Origin: Nitrososphaerota archaeon
GTDB taxonomy: Archaea > Thermoproteota > Nitrososphaeria_A > Caldarchaeales > Calditenuaceae
Assembly (NCBI GenBank): GCA_041641295.1
Contig: JBEPYO010000001.1
Span: 768,001-832,000 of the forward strand
Length of the DNA: 64,000 nucleotides
Direction: 5' to 3'
Shown: in pieces, positions 48,196 through 58,246 of the stretch
How positions within the stretch are numbered: the first letter of the stretch is position 1
How the letters are laid out: every line of letters starts with the position of its first letter
The notes under the pieces: model-generated
What the model saw: the letters and a program-made list of their open reading frames with translations, nothing else
The model's database searches: none
Told to the model about the DNA's origin: nothing
Translations under genes and position numbers: made by a program

Positions 48196-50964
48196 ATGAA
48201 GGTATTACTCCTAGCCTGTATAGCGGCACTGGCGGCCCTATCACTCATACTCACCCACACACCCACGGCCGAGGCAGCGACAATAACTATAACCATACAG
48301 GACTACCATGGAAACCCCCTTCCAAGCGCTAATGTCTCTCTCAGCAACTCCTCGGGCACTTTTTCGGCTTCTACCAACAGCAACGGCATAGCAACCCTCA
48401 ACAACATGAACACTACAATACCATACAACTTAACGATTACATACCTAGGCATAATAGTCAGAGAATTCACTAACTGGATTCCCGGTAGTTCTAATATCTT
48501 CAGGACAGGCGTCTTCAATGTCAGAATTTGTGTTCAGTCGTGGGGTGGAGTCCAGCCCGTGCAGGGAGCTATAGTGAGAGTTAGGTCGACTCAAACAACC
48601 CCTCAGAAGGACGATACACAGCAAACGGGCAGTGATGGGTGTGCAACCTTCCCAAGACTCCCCGGGAACAGCACCGTATACACTTACAACGCCACCTACA
48701 ACCACCAAGTATTCCAGCTCCAGATCAGCAATAGCACCACAGTCAATCTAACTGAGAATAACTACAACAATAATAACATCATACTCCGCCTCTATCGTCT
48801 CCGCCTCACGCTTCAGGATAGGGAGGGGCGGCCTGTTCAGGGCCTCCAAGCTCTGCTCTGGCGTGGGGAGAAGTCGGGCCAGGCTCATTTGACGGCGACC
48901 AGCGACCAGAACGGGGTCGCGGTCTTCAGCCTCCTCCCACAGGGCACCTACATCTACGAGGTCGTGTACAGGGGTGACACGATATACTCCGTGGACCCGC
49001 CCGAGATTGTTGGGAATAACCGTGACAGGGGGCCGATCAAGCTTCCGCTCACCAGTCTGACGTTAGAGGTCTATGACCTCAAGAACAAGCCGCTAACCTC
49101 ATACACTAAGAACTACCAGCTCGTGGCGAGGCTGTACGTAGACGCTAGGCTCTATCTCGAGACCAGCGAGGATAGTGGTGTCATTAGCATGGGATACGTC
49201 TATGATGAGAGGGACTACCGCCTGACACTCCTCTTCGAGGGCCAAGAGGTCGCCAACAGCGTCCTACAAAGCGACGACGTACAGGCTGGGACGGTCAGGG
49301 TTCAGGCCAGATTTGGAGACTTCACAATCACTTTGGATAGCGCGGGCTTCTTCGGAAACCTGCCAAAAATAATCAGCCAAAAGTCTAGCGTAAGACTCTC
49401 GGTTGGAGGCTACCAGATCACCGAGCCCTTCAGCGGCGGGAACACCGTAACATTCCGCGACCATCCAATCGTTAGATACAACTACACGATCATACTCGAC
49501 GGCCTGGTGATCGGTGAGGGAGGGCTAACACCCGCGCACGGTGAGTCCAGCAGGGTTAGGCCCAGCTCCTACACGGTCTCGGCTAGAGCATCATCTTTGG
49601 ACGATAAGCCTGTCGCAGGGGTCCTCAAGATACTCTACAGAGGCGAGGCCCTCGGAACGGTGGATGTCGCCCGCGAGGGTGGCCGGATTGAGGGGCTTGC
49701 TAGGCTGCCCTACAGGTATTCCTTCGCCTATATGGGGGTCGAGGTTGCTTCGGGCGATTTGGGGGCTGAGGCTGTCGAGGCGGGTGAGCTCTTCATAAGG
49801 GCTGGGGTGGCTGATGTCCGGGCGAGGATACTGGATTACGCGGGGGCGAACCCGCTGACCGGCGCGTTGGCAACACTCACAGTGGCATCCTATAGACAGG
49901 ACTCCGTCACGAACGAGGAGGGGCTCGCATCCTTCCCAGACGCACCACTAGCCACAGGAACAATCACTATACACTATCAGGGCGTAAAAGTCTACTCAAG
50001 CCCAATAACATACTCGCCGGAACAGAGGCTCATAGAGATACGGAACACGGGCGTCTACACCATGACATTCAAGATACTCGACGGCGAGGGCGCCCCACTC
50101 ACAGGCGCAGAGTTCAAGCTAAGCGTCGGAACACTATCAGTTGCGGAGACACTGAGGGAAGGCAGCGAGCTCACGCTGAAGTTCATCCCAAATGGGACAC
50201 TCTCACTCTCGGTCAACTATTTGGGTGTAAACGTTTACACAAGCTCCTACCGCCCCTTAAGGGATGGTGATATTGTGGAGATTGTGGGCAAGGTCTACAG
50301 GCTCCAAGTAGAGGTGTATGCGATGGGGATGGAGGGGAGGGAGCTGTTGAGGGGTGCCCAGCTCCTATTCGAGATGGAGGATAGAAGCCTCGCGGAGGCC
50401 AGCGCAGACACTGGCTCAGCAGCACTGAGGCTCCCAGCCGGAGACTACGTCGTCCGAGTCAGCTACAAGGGAGTACCCGTCGCCGACAGACTCGTAACAC
50501 TGACAGGTACGCAGAAGATTGTTATAGAGGCCGCCGTATATGAGTTCGCCTTAAAGGTCTTCAGACTCGACGGCAACCCCGCAGCGAACCTCATAGTCAG
50601 GCTTCTGAGGGAGGGCACGGACGAGCCGATTGAGGAGCTTCAGACAGACAGCGAGGGAGCCGCATCGACTATAATCCCCGGAGGCGTATACAACATAGTA
50701 TATGGGAGTGGAGACGCCATAAACACTGTGAAGATACCGGTCAAGTCAGCGTCAAGCCAGACGCTCCTCTACGGCGAGGCCCGCTCCAACAGCCTCTACC
50801 CGCTCATCGCCGCTCCAGTACTAGTTGCATTATCTATATATGGACTATACAACTCCTTCAGGGTAAAGTCTAGGGCAAGACCACCCAGCACACAGCCCCG
50901 TGAGAGGAGAGGAGCGTCGGAATGGGTTCGGAGGAGCCGGGAACGGTTGAGAAAGAACGTCTAG
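48196..50964 (+). CDS. Large cell-surface protein with repeated carboxypeptidase-regulatory/Ig-like beta domains
   Basis: Signal peptide, repeated D..G.P+.GA.V / T...G.A.F / Y.G..V units, many N-x-S/T sequons, C-terminal TM helix and basic tail. Confidence 0.75.
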   Translation: MKVLLLACIAALAALSLILTHTPTAEAATITITIQDYHGNPLPSANVSLSNSSGTFSASTNSNGIATLNNMNTTIPYNLTITYLGIIVREFTNWIPGSSNIFRTGVFNVRICVQSWGGVQPVQGAIVRVRSTQTTPQKDDTQQTGSDGCATFPRLPGNSTVYTYNATYNHQVFQLQISNSTTVNLTENNYNNNNIILRLYRLRLTLQDREGRPVQGLQALLWRGEKSGQAHLTATSDQNGVAVFSLLPQGTYIYEVVYRGDTIYSVDPPEIVGNNRDRGPIKLPLTSLTLEVYDLKNKPLTSYTKNYQLVARLYVDARLYLETSEDSGVISMGYVYDERDYRLTLLFEGQEVANSVLQSDDVQAGTVRVQARFGDFTITLDSAGFFGNLPKIISQKSSVRLSVGGYQITEPFSGGNTVTFRDHPIVRYNYTIILDGLVIGEGGLTPAHGESSRVRPSSYTVSARASSLDDKPVAGVLKILYRGEALGTVDVAREGGRIEGLARLPYRYSFAYMGVEVASGDLGAEAVEAGELFIRAGVADVRARILDYAGANPLTGALATLTVASYRQDSVTNEEGLASFPDAPLATGTITIHYQGVKVYSSPITYSPEQRLIEIRNTGVYTMTFKILDGEGAPLTGAEFKLSVGTLSVAETLREGSELTLKFIPNGTLSLSVNYLGVNVYTSSYRPLRDGDIVEIVGKVYRLQVEVYAMGMEGRELLRGAQLLFEMEDRSLAEASADTGSAALRLPAGDYVVRVSYKGVPVADRLVTLTGTQKIVIEAAVYEFALKVFRLDGNPAANLIVRLLREGTDEPIEELQTDSEGAASTIIPGGVYNIVYGSGDAINTVKIPVKSASSQTLLYGEARSNSLYPLIAAPVLVALSIYGLYNSFRVKSRARPPSTQPRERRGASEWVRRSRERLRKNV

Positions 50965-51503
50965 GCCGAGGCCACAGGCTAGCTAGGTCGCTCATACCCG
51001 TCATCCTCGCTGTGGGGCTCGCGCTTCTAGGCTACTTCCTCTTGGGAGCAGTGCTGGGGACCGATACACCCTTAGTCGTCGTCCCGACCGGTAGCATGCG
51101 TCCCACAATAGAGGTGGGAGACATTCTCCTGATTCAGGGTGTGAAGCCTGAGGAGATAGTGGCTGACCCGATACGCGGCGATGTGATAGTCTTCTGGCAG
51201 CCGGGGGGCAGTGTGAGGATAGTCCACAGGGCTATAGGGAAGACGGAATTCGGCGTGATAACGAAGGGTGATGCCAACGCTTATCCCGACTTCTTCTCAC
51301 CAGTCCCCTACAGCCTAATCGTGGGAAAGTGGACCGGCTTCAAGATACCGGCTTGGACAGGAGTGGGCTACCTAGCCCTCATTCTCAGGGGCGAACTCTA
51401 CCCACCACTCGGCCAGATAATCTGGATCACAATAATCCTCGTCAACATACTCCTAATAGCTAGGGAGGTATTCTCCTCTCCAAAGAGTAGAGCCTCTCCC
51501 TGA
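50922..51503 (+). CDS. Signal peptidase I (archaeal S26B / Sec11 type)
   Basis: TGSMRPT...GD, GDVIVF, IVHR, TKGDAN...D. Confidence 0.9.
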   Translation: MGSEEPGTVEKERLGRGHRLARSLIPVILAVGLALLGYFLLGAVLGTDTPLVVVPTGSMRPTIEVGDILLIQGVKPEEIVADPIRGDVIVFWQPGGSVRIVHRAIGKTEFGVITKGDANAYPDFFSPVPYSLIVGKWTGFKIPAWTGVGYLALILRGELYPPLGQIIWITIILVNILLIAREVFSSPKSRASP

Positions 51504-52080
51504 CGGCGCTGACCAGCAGCCCCAGCCTGCCCCCGCCGGCAAGCCTGGCAGCGTCTTCGATGAGGGCTCGCGCATCTGACAGCAGTCTGAGAGCTTCTTC
51601 ACGCCTATTCATGCCGAGGAAGGGCTCAACCCTAGAGAGCTTCACAGCCACCTCGACGAGGAGTGCGGCGGAGCGGGAATAGGGCCTCGCAGGAGCCTGC
51701 CTATACTTGAGGGATACGGGGGAGCCGCGTACTCGAAGCCAGACATCATCACGCACCATTTCACCGACCGAGAACTCGACGACAGCCGACGCCTCGCATA
51801 GAACCGGAGCACCCACCACTTCCCCCGCACCAAAGCTCATAGGCACAACACCCAAGTCTAGGGCCGCCTCAACAATGTACTCGGGAGCCGCGACGTTAAC
51901 AGCGCCACACCTCGCCCTCAAGAGATTCCGCCCGGTCTGAGACTCGGCGTGAGGCTTCAGCAGAATCGCCAAGGGCTGGGATACGACCCTACACCCCATA
52001 GCCGCGGCGTGTGGAGAGCCGTCCTCGCTGAAAGTCGTAACCACTACCTCGTAGTGGACACCCTCCTCAAGCCCCAACAC
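51460..52080 (-). CDS. DUF447-family protein (start uncertain)
   Basis: YEVVVTT....G.PHAAAMG, SQTGRNL, VN, R....LVE.AV..SR. Confidence 0.7.
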   Translation of the reverse strand: MLGLEEGVHYEVVVTTFSEDGSPHAAAMGCRVVSQPLAILLKPHAESQTGRNLLRARCGAVNVAAPEYIVEAALDLGVVPMSFGAGEVVGAPVLCEASAVVEFSVGEMVRDDVWLRVRGSPVSLKYRQAPARPYSRSAALLVEVAVKLSRVEPFLGMNRREEALRLLSDARALIEDAARLAGGGRLGLLVSAVRERLYSLERRIPP

Positions 52081-52219
52081 CTCAAAGAGGCTCGATGGAT
52101 GCGCACCAACCCAGCCAGACCCGCATGGACCGCCCAAGCCAGAGTACGGCCCTTGAGGGCGCGGCCGAGAAGATAAAGCTACACAACAATTTAATAGACA
52201 CCGTTGACGACTATGGGGC

Positions 52220-52522
52220 GTGGAAGCCAACCAGCGTGTCTATCACGTAACAACAGGAGCCCAAGACCTCGAGAGGATACTCCTAACAGACGACACCGCC
52301 TCTAGGGCCAACATAGTCCTGAAGGACGCTAAACTCCTCCTCGGCCGCGAGGGCTATTACATCAGGATAATTGGGACTGAGGAACAGCTGAAGAGGGTGG
52401 ACGAACTGCTCAAGGAGAAGGCGAGGCTCGTAGAGGGTGAGGAGCTGAGCCAAGTCCTCGCAAAGATAAAAGAGGAGGACGAGCGCGCACTCTCAGGCTT
52501 CGGCGGCATCTTCACAGAATAA
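52220..52522 (+). CDS. Small hypothetical protein
   Basis: Charged 100-aa ORF with host-like codon usage, ending ALSGFGGIF; directly upstream of tRNA-Leu. Confidence 0.65.
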   Translation: MEANQRVYHVTTGAQDLERILLTDDTASRANIVLKDAKLLLGREGYYIRIIGTEEQLKRVDELLKEKARLVEGEELSQVLAKIKEEDERALSGFGGIFTE

Positions 52523-52576
52523 CCCCCCACAAAATTAAATCCACCCCAACCCCAACATAATATACGCGGGGCCAGA

Positions 52577-52683
52577 GCGGGGGTGGCCGAGCCAGGTCAA
52601 AGGCGGCGGCCTCAAGATCCCACCAAGCAGGAAGAGAAAGCCGCTCCCGAAGGGGTTCGTGGGTTCGAATCCCACCCCCCGCA
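52577..52683 (+). tRNA. tRNA-Leu(CAA) with 22-nt intron (52617-52638)
   Basis: GCGGGGG...GCGGC-CT-CAA-G[intron]A-GCCGC, long variable arm, GGTTCGAATCC, CCCCCGCA. Confidence 0.93.
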
Positions 52684-52937
52684 CAGATATTTGTGCTCAA
52701 ACTTATCAGAGGAATTTCTTGTTTGAATGGTCTTTCAGAGAGTTTTGTCTAGCGAGACCTAGCCCAGACTAGAGGGGGACAAACCAACACGCATTCCTAA
52801 ACTCTTGGACAGGGAGAGGAGCCTAGCCTTAATCCGACAGCCTCCCTCAACCACCGCAACACCAGTGGCCTTAACAATATTGATTATTGGTTGAAAATAC
52901 TCTAGGCTTTTAAAGAGGGTGCAGTGGAGGGTGATAT

Positions 52938-53840
52938 ATGCGGCAGCCACTGCTTATAGGTTCGGCAGGCGTCCTCCTACAGGCCCTATCGGGCTGGTGG
53001 GACGCCCTTTCTCATACCATCCAGTTTCAGGGTGGAGACCCGCCCCTTAACCCAGCTCACATCGGCCTATACTCGGGTGTAGGCCTAGTGGGAGTATCAC
53101 TAATTATGGGGCTATTCAGGGGGAGTGGGTGGCGTACATCGCTGGCGGCCGGCTTCTTCGCCCAAATAGTGGCCGGGGGTTTGAACGAGGTTACCCATAG
53201 GCTGCCGGAGCTTGAAGATAGTGCCCTACACTTCACTGCCCACGCCATGTTCACCTTAGGACTTCTAGCATCATCACTCACAATATTCTCCGCAGTCTGC
53301 ATAGGCATGATCCACTCTGAGGTGGTGAGTACAGTGTTGCAGCTAGGCCAGTTGACAAGTGGGGTGGCTCTCTGGCTCACTGCCTCAGGCTCCATCCTAT
53401 ACATCTTTGACACGACCCCCGCGGCCACAGTCCTCCTAGGCTTCACCGCAGCCACAATATTGGGCTCAGCAGTGTATTCGAGCCCTAGAGCCTATTCAGG
53501 AACACTAACATGGACCATCTACGCTGCTTCAATATACCTCTTTACTGTGGGATATGCTGGAGGACCGCCTTACATGCCTATAGGATTCACCGCAACATTG
53601 GTAGCCGATCTAACAAAGGGGAAGGACGCTGGGAGAAAGTATACACGGCTAGCTATTATGGCTCTACTGGGAATGACTGCACACATAGCCTACCCAACAT
53701 ACATGAACGGGGTATTTCAGATACTTGGCCTATTGTTAGGTGGTCTTATAGGGGGTATTCTACTCACCTATGTTGGCGAAAGGGTTGCATCGGATAGCCG
53801 CTCTTCATCTGCATCTCACCTCCGCACACATTATTTGTAG
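52938..53840 (+). CDS. Multi-pass membrane protein with duplicated (D/N)x3Hx14H motif
   Basis: Many TM helices; WWDALSH...NPAH and LNEVTH...FTAH. Confidence 0.7.
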   Translation: MRQPLLIGSAGVLLQALSGWWDALSHTIQFQGGDPPLNPAHIGLYSGVGLVGVSLIMGLFRGSGWRTSLAAGFFAQIVAGGLNEVTHRLPELEDSALHFTAHAMFTLGLLASSLTIFSAVCIGMIHSEVVSTVLQLGQLTSGVALWLTASGSILYIFDTTPAATVLLGFTAATILGSAVYSSPRAYSGTLTWTIYAASIYLFTVGYAGGPPYMPIGFTATLVADLTKGKDAGRKYTRLAIMALLGMTAHIAYPTYMNGVFQILGLLLGGLIGGILLTYVGERVASDSRSSSASHLRTHYL

Positions 53841-54099
53841 AGCGTGGGTGAAAGCTAGCTCAAAAATGGGTCATGTATTCTACGCATCACTCACAAATTA
53901 TTTCAATACTGCATAAAATATGATTTTGAAGAATTGGCCTCTTGCTAAAAACTGACGATGCGCAAAGAATACGTGTTTATGGTTATTGCCGGATTTCTGT
54001 GGGGCTCGCTTGGATGAGTTATTCGAGGGCTATGGTGTTGTGATGCTTGAGGGTTGGTTGATGGTTTTTTAGGGTCTCATTGTTTATTGGCGGGTTGGG

Positions 54100-54960
54100 T
54101 TGAGGGTTTATAGTCCTTATGTGGGGTGGGTTGAGTATCCTGATAGGCCTTCGAGGATTGTGAGTCTGTGCCCGTCTGTGACGGAGACGCTCTTCATGCT
54201 TGGTGTGGGTGGGAGGGTTGTGGGTGTTTCGAGCTGGTGTCACAGGCCGCGGGAGGCTCTTGAGAGGCCGAAGGTGGGGAGCTACACAGGGATACTTAGG
54301 GACAGGATTCTGGAGCTTGGGCCTGAGCTTGTTTTTACGACTGTGGGTGCGCAGCGGAGGGCGCTAGAGGAGCTGCTCGCCCTCGGCTATCCGACGTATC
54401 CGTTTCCGCTGCCTAGGGATGTCTACGCCATCTTGTCCATGGTGGTTGAGGTGGGTGGGATGGTCGGTGAGCCGGAGGCCGCCCTCAGCTTGGCCGAGAG
54501 GCTGGCAAGACGCTTGGAGGATTTGAGGACCTTGAGGCGCGGGGATAGGACACCTAGGGTCTACGTCGAGATTGATTTGGGAGGGCCGACTGTGCCGGCC
54601 TACTCCAATCACATCAACTCTGCGCTCCACTTGGCGGGGATAGCCAACATATTCGGCGACCAACCCGGTGAATACTTGTATGGTATGAAGGTAGGCGACT
54701 ACCCGGTGCTGGATGTCGCAGGTGAGCTGACGAGGAGAGACCCAGACGTGATAATATACGAGTCTAAGAGCTTTCACCCATCACCTGACGAGGGCTTGAA
54801 CGTGATGAGGAAGAGGGGGCTGGAGGGGTTGAGGGCCGTCAAGACAGGCAGCGTCCTGACACTCCCAGCCGACACCCTAGCACACTACGGCCCCTCATTC
54901 CTGGAAGAGGTTGTAAAAGTCTGCAACATGGTCTGGGAGATATTCGATAGACGGTCTTAA
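54100..54960 (+). CDS. BtuF-like cobalamin/Fe-siderophore-binding protein (helical backbone fold), no signal peptide
   Basis: PSRIVSLCPSVTETLFMLG...VVGVS, AGIANIF, PDVII, AVKTG.V, GPS. Confidence 0.82.
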   Translation: MRVYSPYVGWVEYPDRPSRIVSLCPSVTETLFMLGVGGRVVGVSSWCHRPREALERPKVGSYTGILRDRILELGPELVFTTVGAQRRALEELLALGYPTYPFPLPRDVYAILSMVVEVGGMVGEPEAALSLAERLARRLEDLRTLRRGDRTPRVYVEIDLGGPTVPAYSNHINSALHLAGIANIFGDQPGEYLYGMKVGDYPVLDVAGELTRRDPDVIIYESKSFHPSPDEGLNVMRKRGLEGLRAVKTGSVLTLPADTLAHYGPSFLEEVVKVCNMVWEIFDRRS

Positions 54961-55021
54961 CCAAGCCAGCTCCCTGAGTGTTTACGGGGCGGAGGGTTTT
55001 TGACTGGGGGGCGCCCTCTCT

Positions 55022-56368
55022 GTGCTGGTGTCTGGTGTGGAGAGGTGGGAGGGGTATAGCGGCTTCCTCTTGGAGATGATTAGGGCTGCCGGGGCTGAGA
55101 TTGGTGATGAGGTTGTTGTTGAGAGGCCTGACGGCTCGCGGTTTAGAGGCCTGCTGATGTTCAAGGGCGAACTCTCGGCCGAGAATGTTTTGGTGCTCAA
55201 GCTGAGCAACGGCTACAACATCGGGGTGGCTGTTGACCCGTCCTGCAGGATTGAGAGGGTTGCGGCTGGGCGGAGGCCAGCATTCACCCGCCCACCACCA
55301 CCTCCCCAGAAGAGCGGCCTACCCCGCGTCAAGGTTATTGGGACTGGGGGCACGATAGCGAGCCGCGTCGACTATAGGACCGGCGCTGTGAGACCGGCCA
55401 TTTCCTCCGAGGACCTGGTCTCCCTCGTCCCCGAGCTCTCCGAGCTCGCCCTGATAGACGCCGAGGTTCTCTTCTCGCTGTATAGCGAGGACTTTACTGT
55501 GAGGGAGTGGGAGGCGATTGCTGAGAGGGTGAAGCGGGTCATAGAGGACGGGTTTGACGGTGTTGTCTTGACGCATGGGACGGATACGATGCACTACACG
55601 GCTGCAGCCCTCAGCTTCACGCTCCAGAACCCTCCTGTTCCGATAGTCTTGGTTGGCTCGCAGCGGAGCAGCGACAGGCCTTCGAGCGATGCGGCGTTCA
55701 ACCTGATGGGTGCTGTTTGGGTTGCGGCTAGGGCGCCTTTCGGCGAGGTTGTGGTCGCGATGCATGCGTGGCACTCCGACGAGGCGGTAGCAGTACACCG
55801 CGGAACTAGGGTAGTCAAGATGCATACGAGCAGCAGGGACGCCTTCAAGAGCGTCAACGCCACGCCACTCGCGATTCTGAGCGGCGGGTCGCTCAAGATG
55901 TTAGACAGCGACTATCACGCGAGGGGTGGTGATGGGTTTGTGTATGCTCCCGGCTTCAGCGACAGGGCAGCACTGGTCAAGTTCTATCCGGGGATGGGGC
56001 CTGAGGTGCTGGAGTATCTCGCTGACCGCGGGTTCCGGGGAGTCGTCATCGAGGGGACTGGGCTGGGCCACGTAGCTAGGCGCTGGATACCTGTGATTAA
56101 GCGCCTGACAGAGTCAGGGTTTTTCGTCGGGATGGCTTCCCAGTGCAGGTTTGGGAGGGTGAACATGAGGGTATACAATACTGGGCGGGACCTCCTGAAC
56201 GCTGGCGTGGTGGAGCTGGATGATATGCTTGCTGAGGTTGCGCTTGTCAAGCTCATGTGGGCTTTGAGGAGGACGAGTAGTCTGGAGGAGCTGGCGAGGC
56301 TGATGCTGACACCGGTTGCGCGGGAGGTTGGCTCAAGAACCCTGCCGCAGGGTGTGGGTGGTGTATGA
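55022..56368 (+). CDS. gatD: Glu-tRNA(Gln) amidotransferase subunit D
   Basis: KLSNGYNIG, GTGGTIASRVDYRTGAV, HGTDTMHYT, SQRSSDRPSSD, KMHTSSRDAF. Confidence 0.96.
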   Translation: MLVSGVERWEGYSGFLLEMIRAAGAEIGDEVVVERPDGSRFRGLLMFKGELSAENVLVLKLSNGYNIGVAVDPSCRIERVAAGRRPAFTRPPPPPQKSGLPRVKVIGTGGTIASRVDYRTGAVRPAISSEDLVSLVPELSELALIDAEVLFSLYSEDFTVREWEAIAERVKRVIEDGFDGVVLTHGTDTMHYTAAALSFTLQNPPVPIVLVGSQRSSDRPSSDAAFNLMGAVWVAARAPFGEVVVAMHAWHSDEAVAVHRGTRVVKMHTSSRDAFKSVNATPLAILSGGSLKMLDSDYHARGGDGFVYAPGFSDRAALVKFYPGMGPEVLEYLADRGFRGVVIEGTGLGHVARRWIPVIKRLTESGFFVGMASQCRFGRVNMRVYNTGRDLLNAGVVELDDMLAEVALVKLMWALRRTSSLEELARLMLTPVAREVGSRTLPQGVGGV

Positions 56369-58242
56369 GCTACGAGGAGCTGGGCCTAAAGGTGGGGCTG
56401 GAGATTCACAGGCAGCTTGACACTAGGCATAAGCTCTTCTGCAAGTGCAGCACATCACCGCCTGCGCAGGAGGGCCCGAAGCTCAGGGTAGTCAGGTATC
56501 TCAGGGAGACCCAGAGCGAGCTCGGCGAGGTGGACCAGGCCGCCCACTTCGAGTCCAAGAGGATGAGGAGGATAGTCTACGAGTATGACCCGGCATCAGC
56601 ATGCCTGGTTGAGCTTGACGAGGAGCCCCCACACCCAATCAACACCGAGGCAGTCCGCATAGCCCTGACCGCCGCCCTAATGATGAGGGCCAAGCCAGTC
56701 GACGAGATACATGTCATGAGGAAGATCGTGATAGATGGGAGCAACACCTCGGGCTTCCAGAGGACGTGCATGGTCGCTCTCGGAGGCGAGATAGTCGTTG
56801 ACGGCCATCCTGTCCCGATCCAGACGATCACGTTGGAGGAGGATGCGGCCCGGATAGTGAGGGCTGAGGCGGAGGAGGTTGTCTACGACCTCTCGAGGCT
56901 CGGGATACCCTTGATAGAGGTCTCGACAGGCCCTGTCCTCTACACACCATCCATGGCCGCTAAGGCCGCTGAGGCGATTGGCAGAATCCTGAGGGCCACT
57001 AGGGGTGTCAAGAGAGGACTGGGCACTGTGAGGCAGGACCTAAACATCTCAATACGGGGGAGCGGCTTGATGGAGGTTAAGGGCGTCCAAGAACTCGAGC
57101 TCATTCCGCGGGTCATAGAGTATGAGGCGAGACGGCTCAAACACCTCTTAGACCTAGTCGAGAGGCTCAGGGAGAGGGGTGTGAAGCCCGAGGCCGTGGA
57201 GGCCCAGCCCATAGTGGACCTGACCGAGGTCTTCAGGGAGAGTGGGAGCCGCGTGATACGTCGCAAGATCAGTGAGGGGGGCGTGGTTCTGGGGCTTAGG
57301 CTTCCGGGCTTCGCGGGCCTCCTGCGCGGTGAGGGTGATGTGAGGCTTGGGAGGGAGCTCTCCGAGTACGCGAAGGCTTGGGGCGGCGTGGAGGGTATCT
57401 TCCACTCTGACGAGCTTCCGGGCTATGGTATCGGCGAGGACGAGGTTAGGGAGGCGCGGAGGCTGCTGGGTGCAGGAGAGGCGGACGCCTTCGTTCTCGT
57501 GGCTGGCCGCGAGGCTAGGGCGAGAGAGGCGCTGGAGGCTGTGAGGATGAGGGCCGCTCAGGCCTGCACACAAGTACCTGACGAGACGCGCGCAGCCCTC
57601 CCAGACGGCACGACAGTCTACATGCGCCCACGGCCCGGCTCAGCCCGAATGTACCCCGAGACCGACATACCACCCTTCAGGGTCTCACGCGAGGTCTTAG
57701 AGGAGATTGAGAGAAATCTGCCGCCACCCCTCGAGAAGGTCGCCGAGGAGCTTGTCAAGCGGTACAGGCTCAGCAGCCAGCTCGCATGGGAGCTGATTGA
57801 CTCGGAGATGGTTGAGGAGTTTGAGAGGGTTGTGGGGCTTGGCGTGGCGCCCAGCGTGGTCGCCAGCGTCCTGACGGAGGGGCTGAAGCAGCTGAGGAGG
57901 GAGGGCTACAGGGTCGAGAACATCTCGCCAAACCACATCTACGACTACTTCAAACTCGTCAGCCTCGGCGTAACTGCGAAAGAGTCGGCACTCCAAGTCC
58001 TGGCAGAGATTGCGAAAGACCCATCCCTCACAGCCGAACAGGCGGTGGACAGGCTGGGGCTCAGGGCTCCACCCATAGAGGAGGTGAACGCCTTCATCGA
58101 GGAGCTGGTCTCAAGCGTCCCGCCCAGCGAGAGGAAGTCGGCGACAGGCCGGCTGATGGGCGAGCTTATGAGGAAGTATAGGGGGAGGGTGGACGGCGGC
58201 CTACTCAACAAGCTCCTAATGGAGAGGCTCCGGGCCGAGTAG
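56365..58242 (+). CDS. gatE: Glu-tRNA(Gln) amidotransferase subunit E
   Basis: GLEIHRQL, MRKIVIDGSNTSGFQRT, LEEDAAR, RGLGTVRQDLN, RMYPETD. Confidence 0.96.
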   Translation: MSYEELGLKVGLEIHRQLDTRHKLFCKCSTSPPAQEGPKLRVVRYLRETQSELGEVDQAAHFESKRMRRIVYEYDPASACLVELDEEPPHPINTEAVRIALTAALMMRAKPVDEIHVMRKIVIDGSNTSGFQRTCMVALGGEIVVDGHPVPIQTITLEEDAARIVRAEAEEVVYDLSRLGIPLIEVSTGPVLYTPSMAAKAAEAIGRILRATRGVKRGLGTVRQDLNISIRGSGLMEVKGVQELELIPRVIEYEARRLKHLLDLVERLRERGVKPEAVEAQPIVDLTEVFRESGSRVIRRKISEGGVVLGLRLPGFAGLLRGEGDVRLGRELSEYAKAWGGVEGIFHSDELPGYGIGEDEVREARRLLGAGEADAFVLVAGREARAREALEAVRMRAAQACTQVPDETRAALPDGTTVYMRPRPGSARMYPETDIPPFRVSREVLEEIERNLPPPLEKVAEELVKRYRLSSQLAWELIDSEMVEEFERVVGLGVAPSVVASVLTEGLKQLRREGYRVENISPNHIYDYFKLVSLGVTAKESALQVLAEIAKDPSLTAEQAVDRLGLRAPPIEEVNAFIEELVSSVPPSERKSATGRLMGELMRKYRGRVDGGLLNKLLMERLRAE

Positions 58243-58246
58243 TCCT

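Noticed and set aside
52512-52700. Short ORFs over tRNA-Leu, and similarly over the 5S rRNA and antisense to long genes
   Set aside because: Shadow ORFs overlapping better-supported features.
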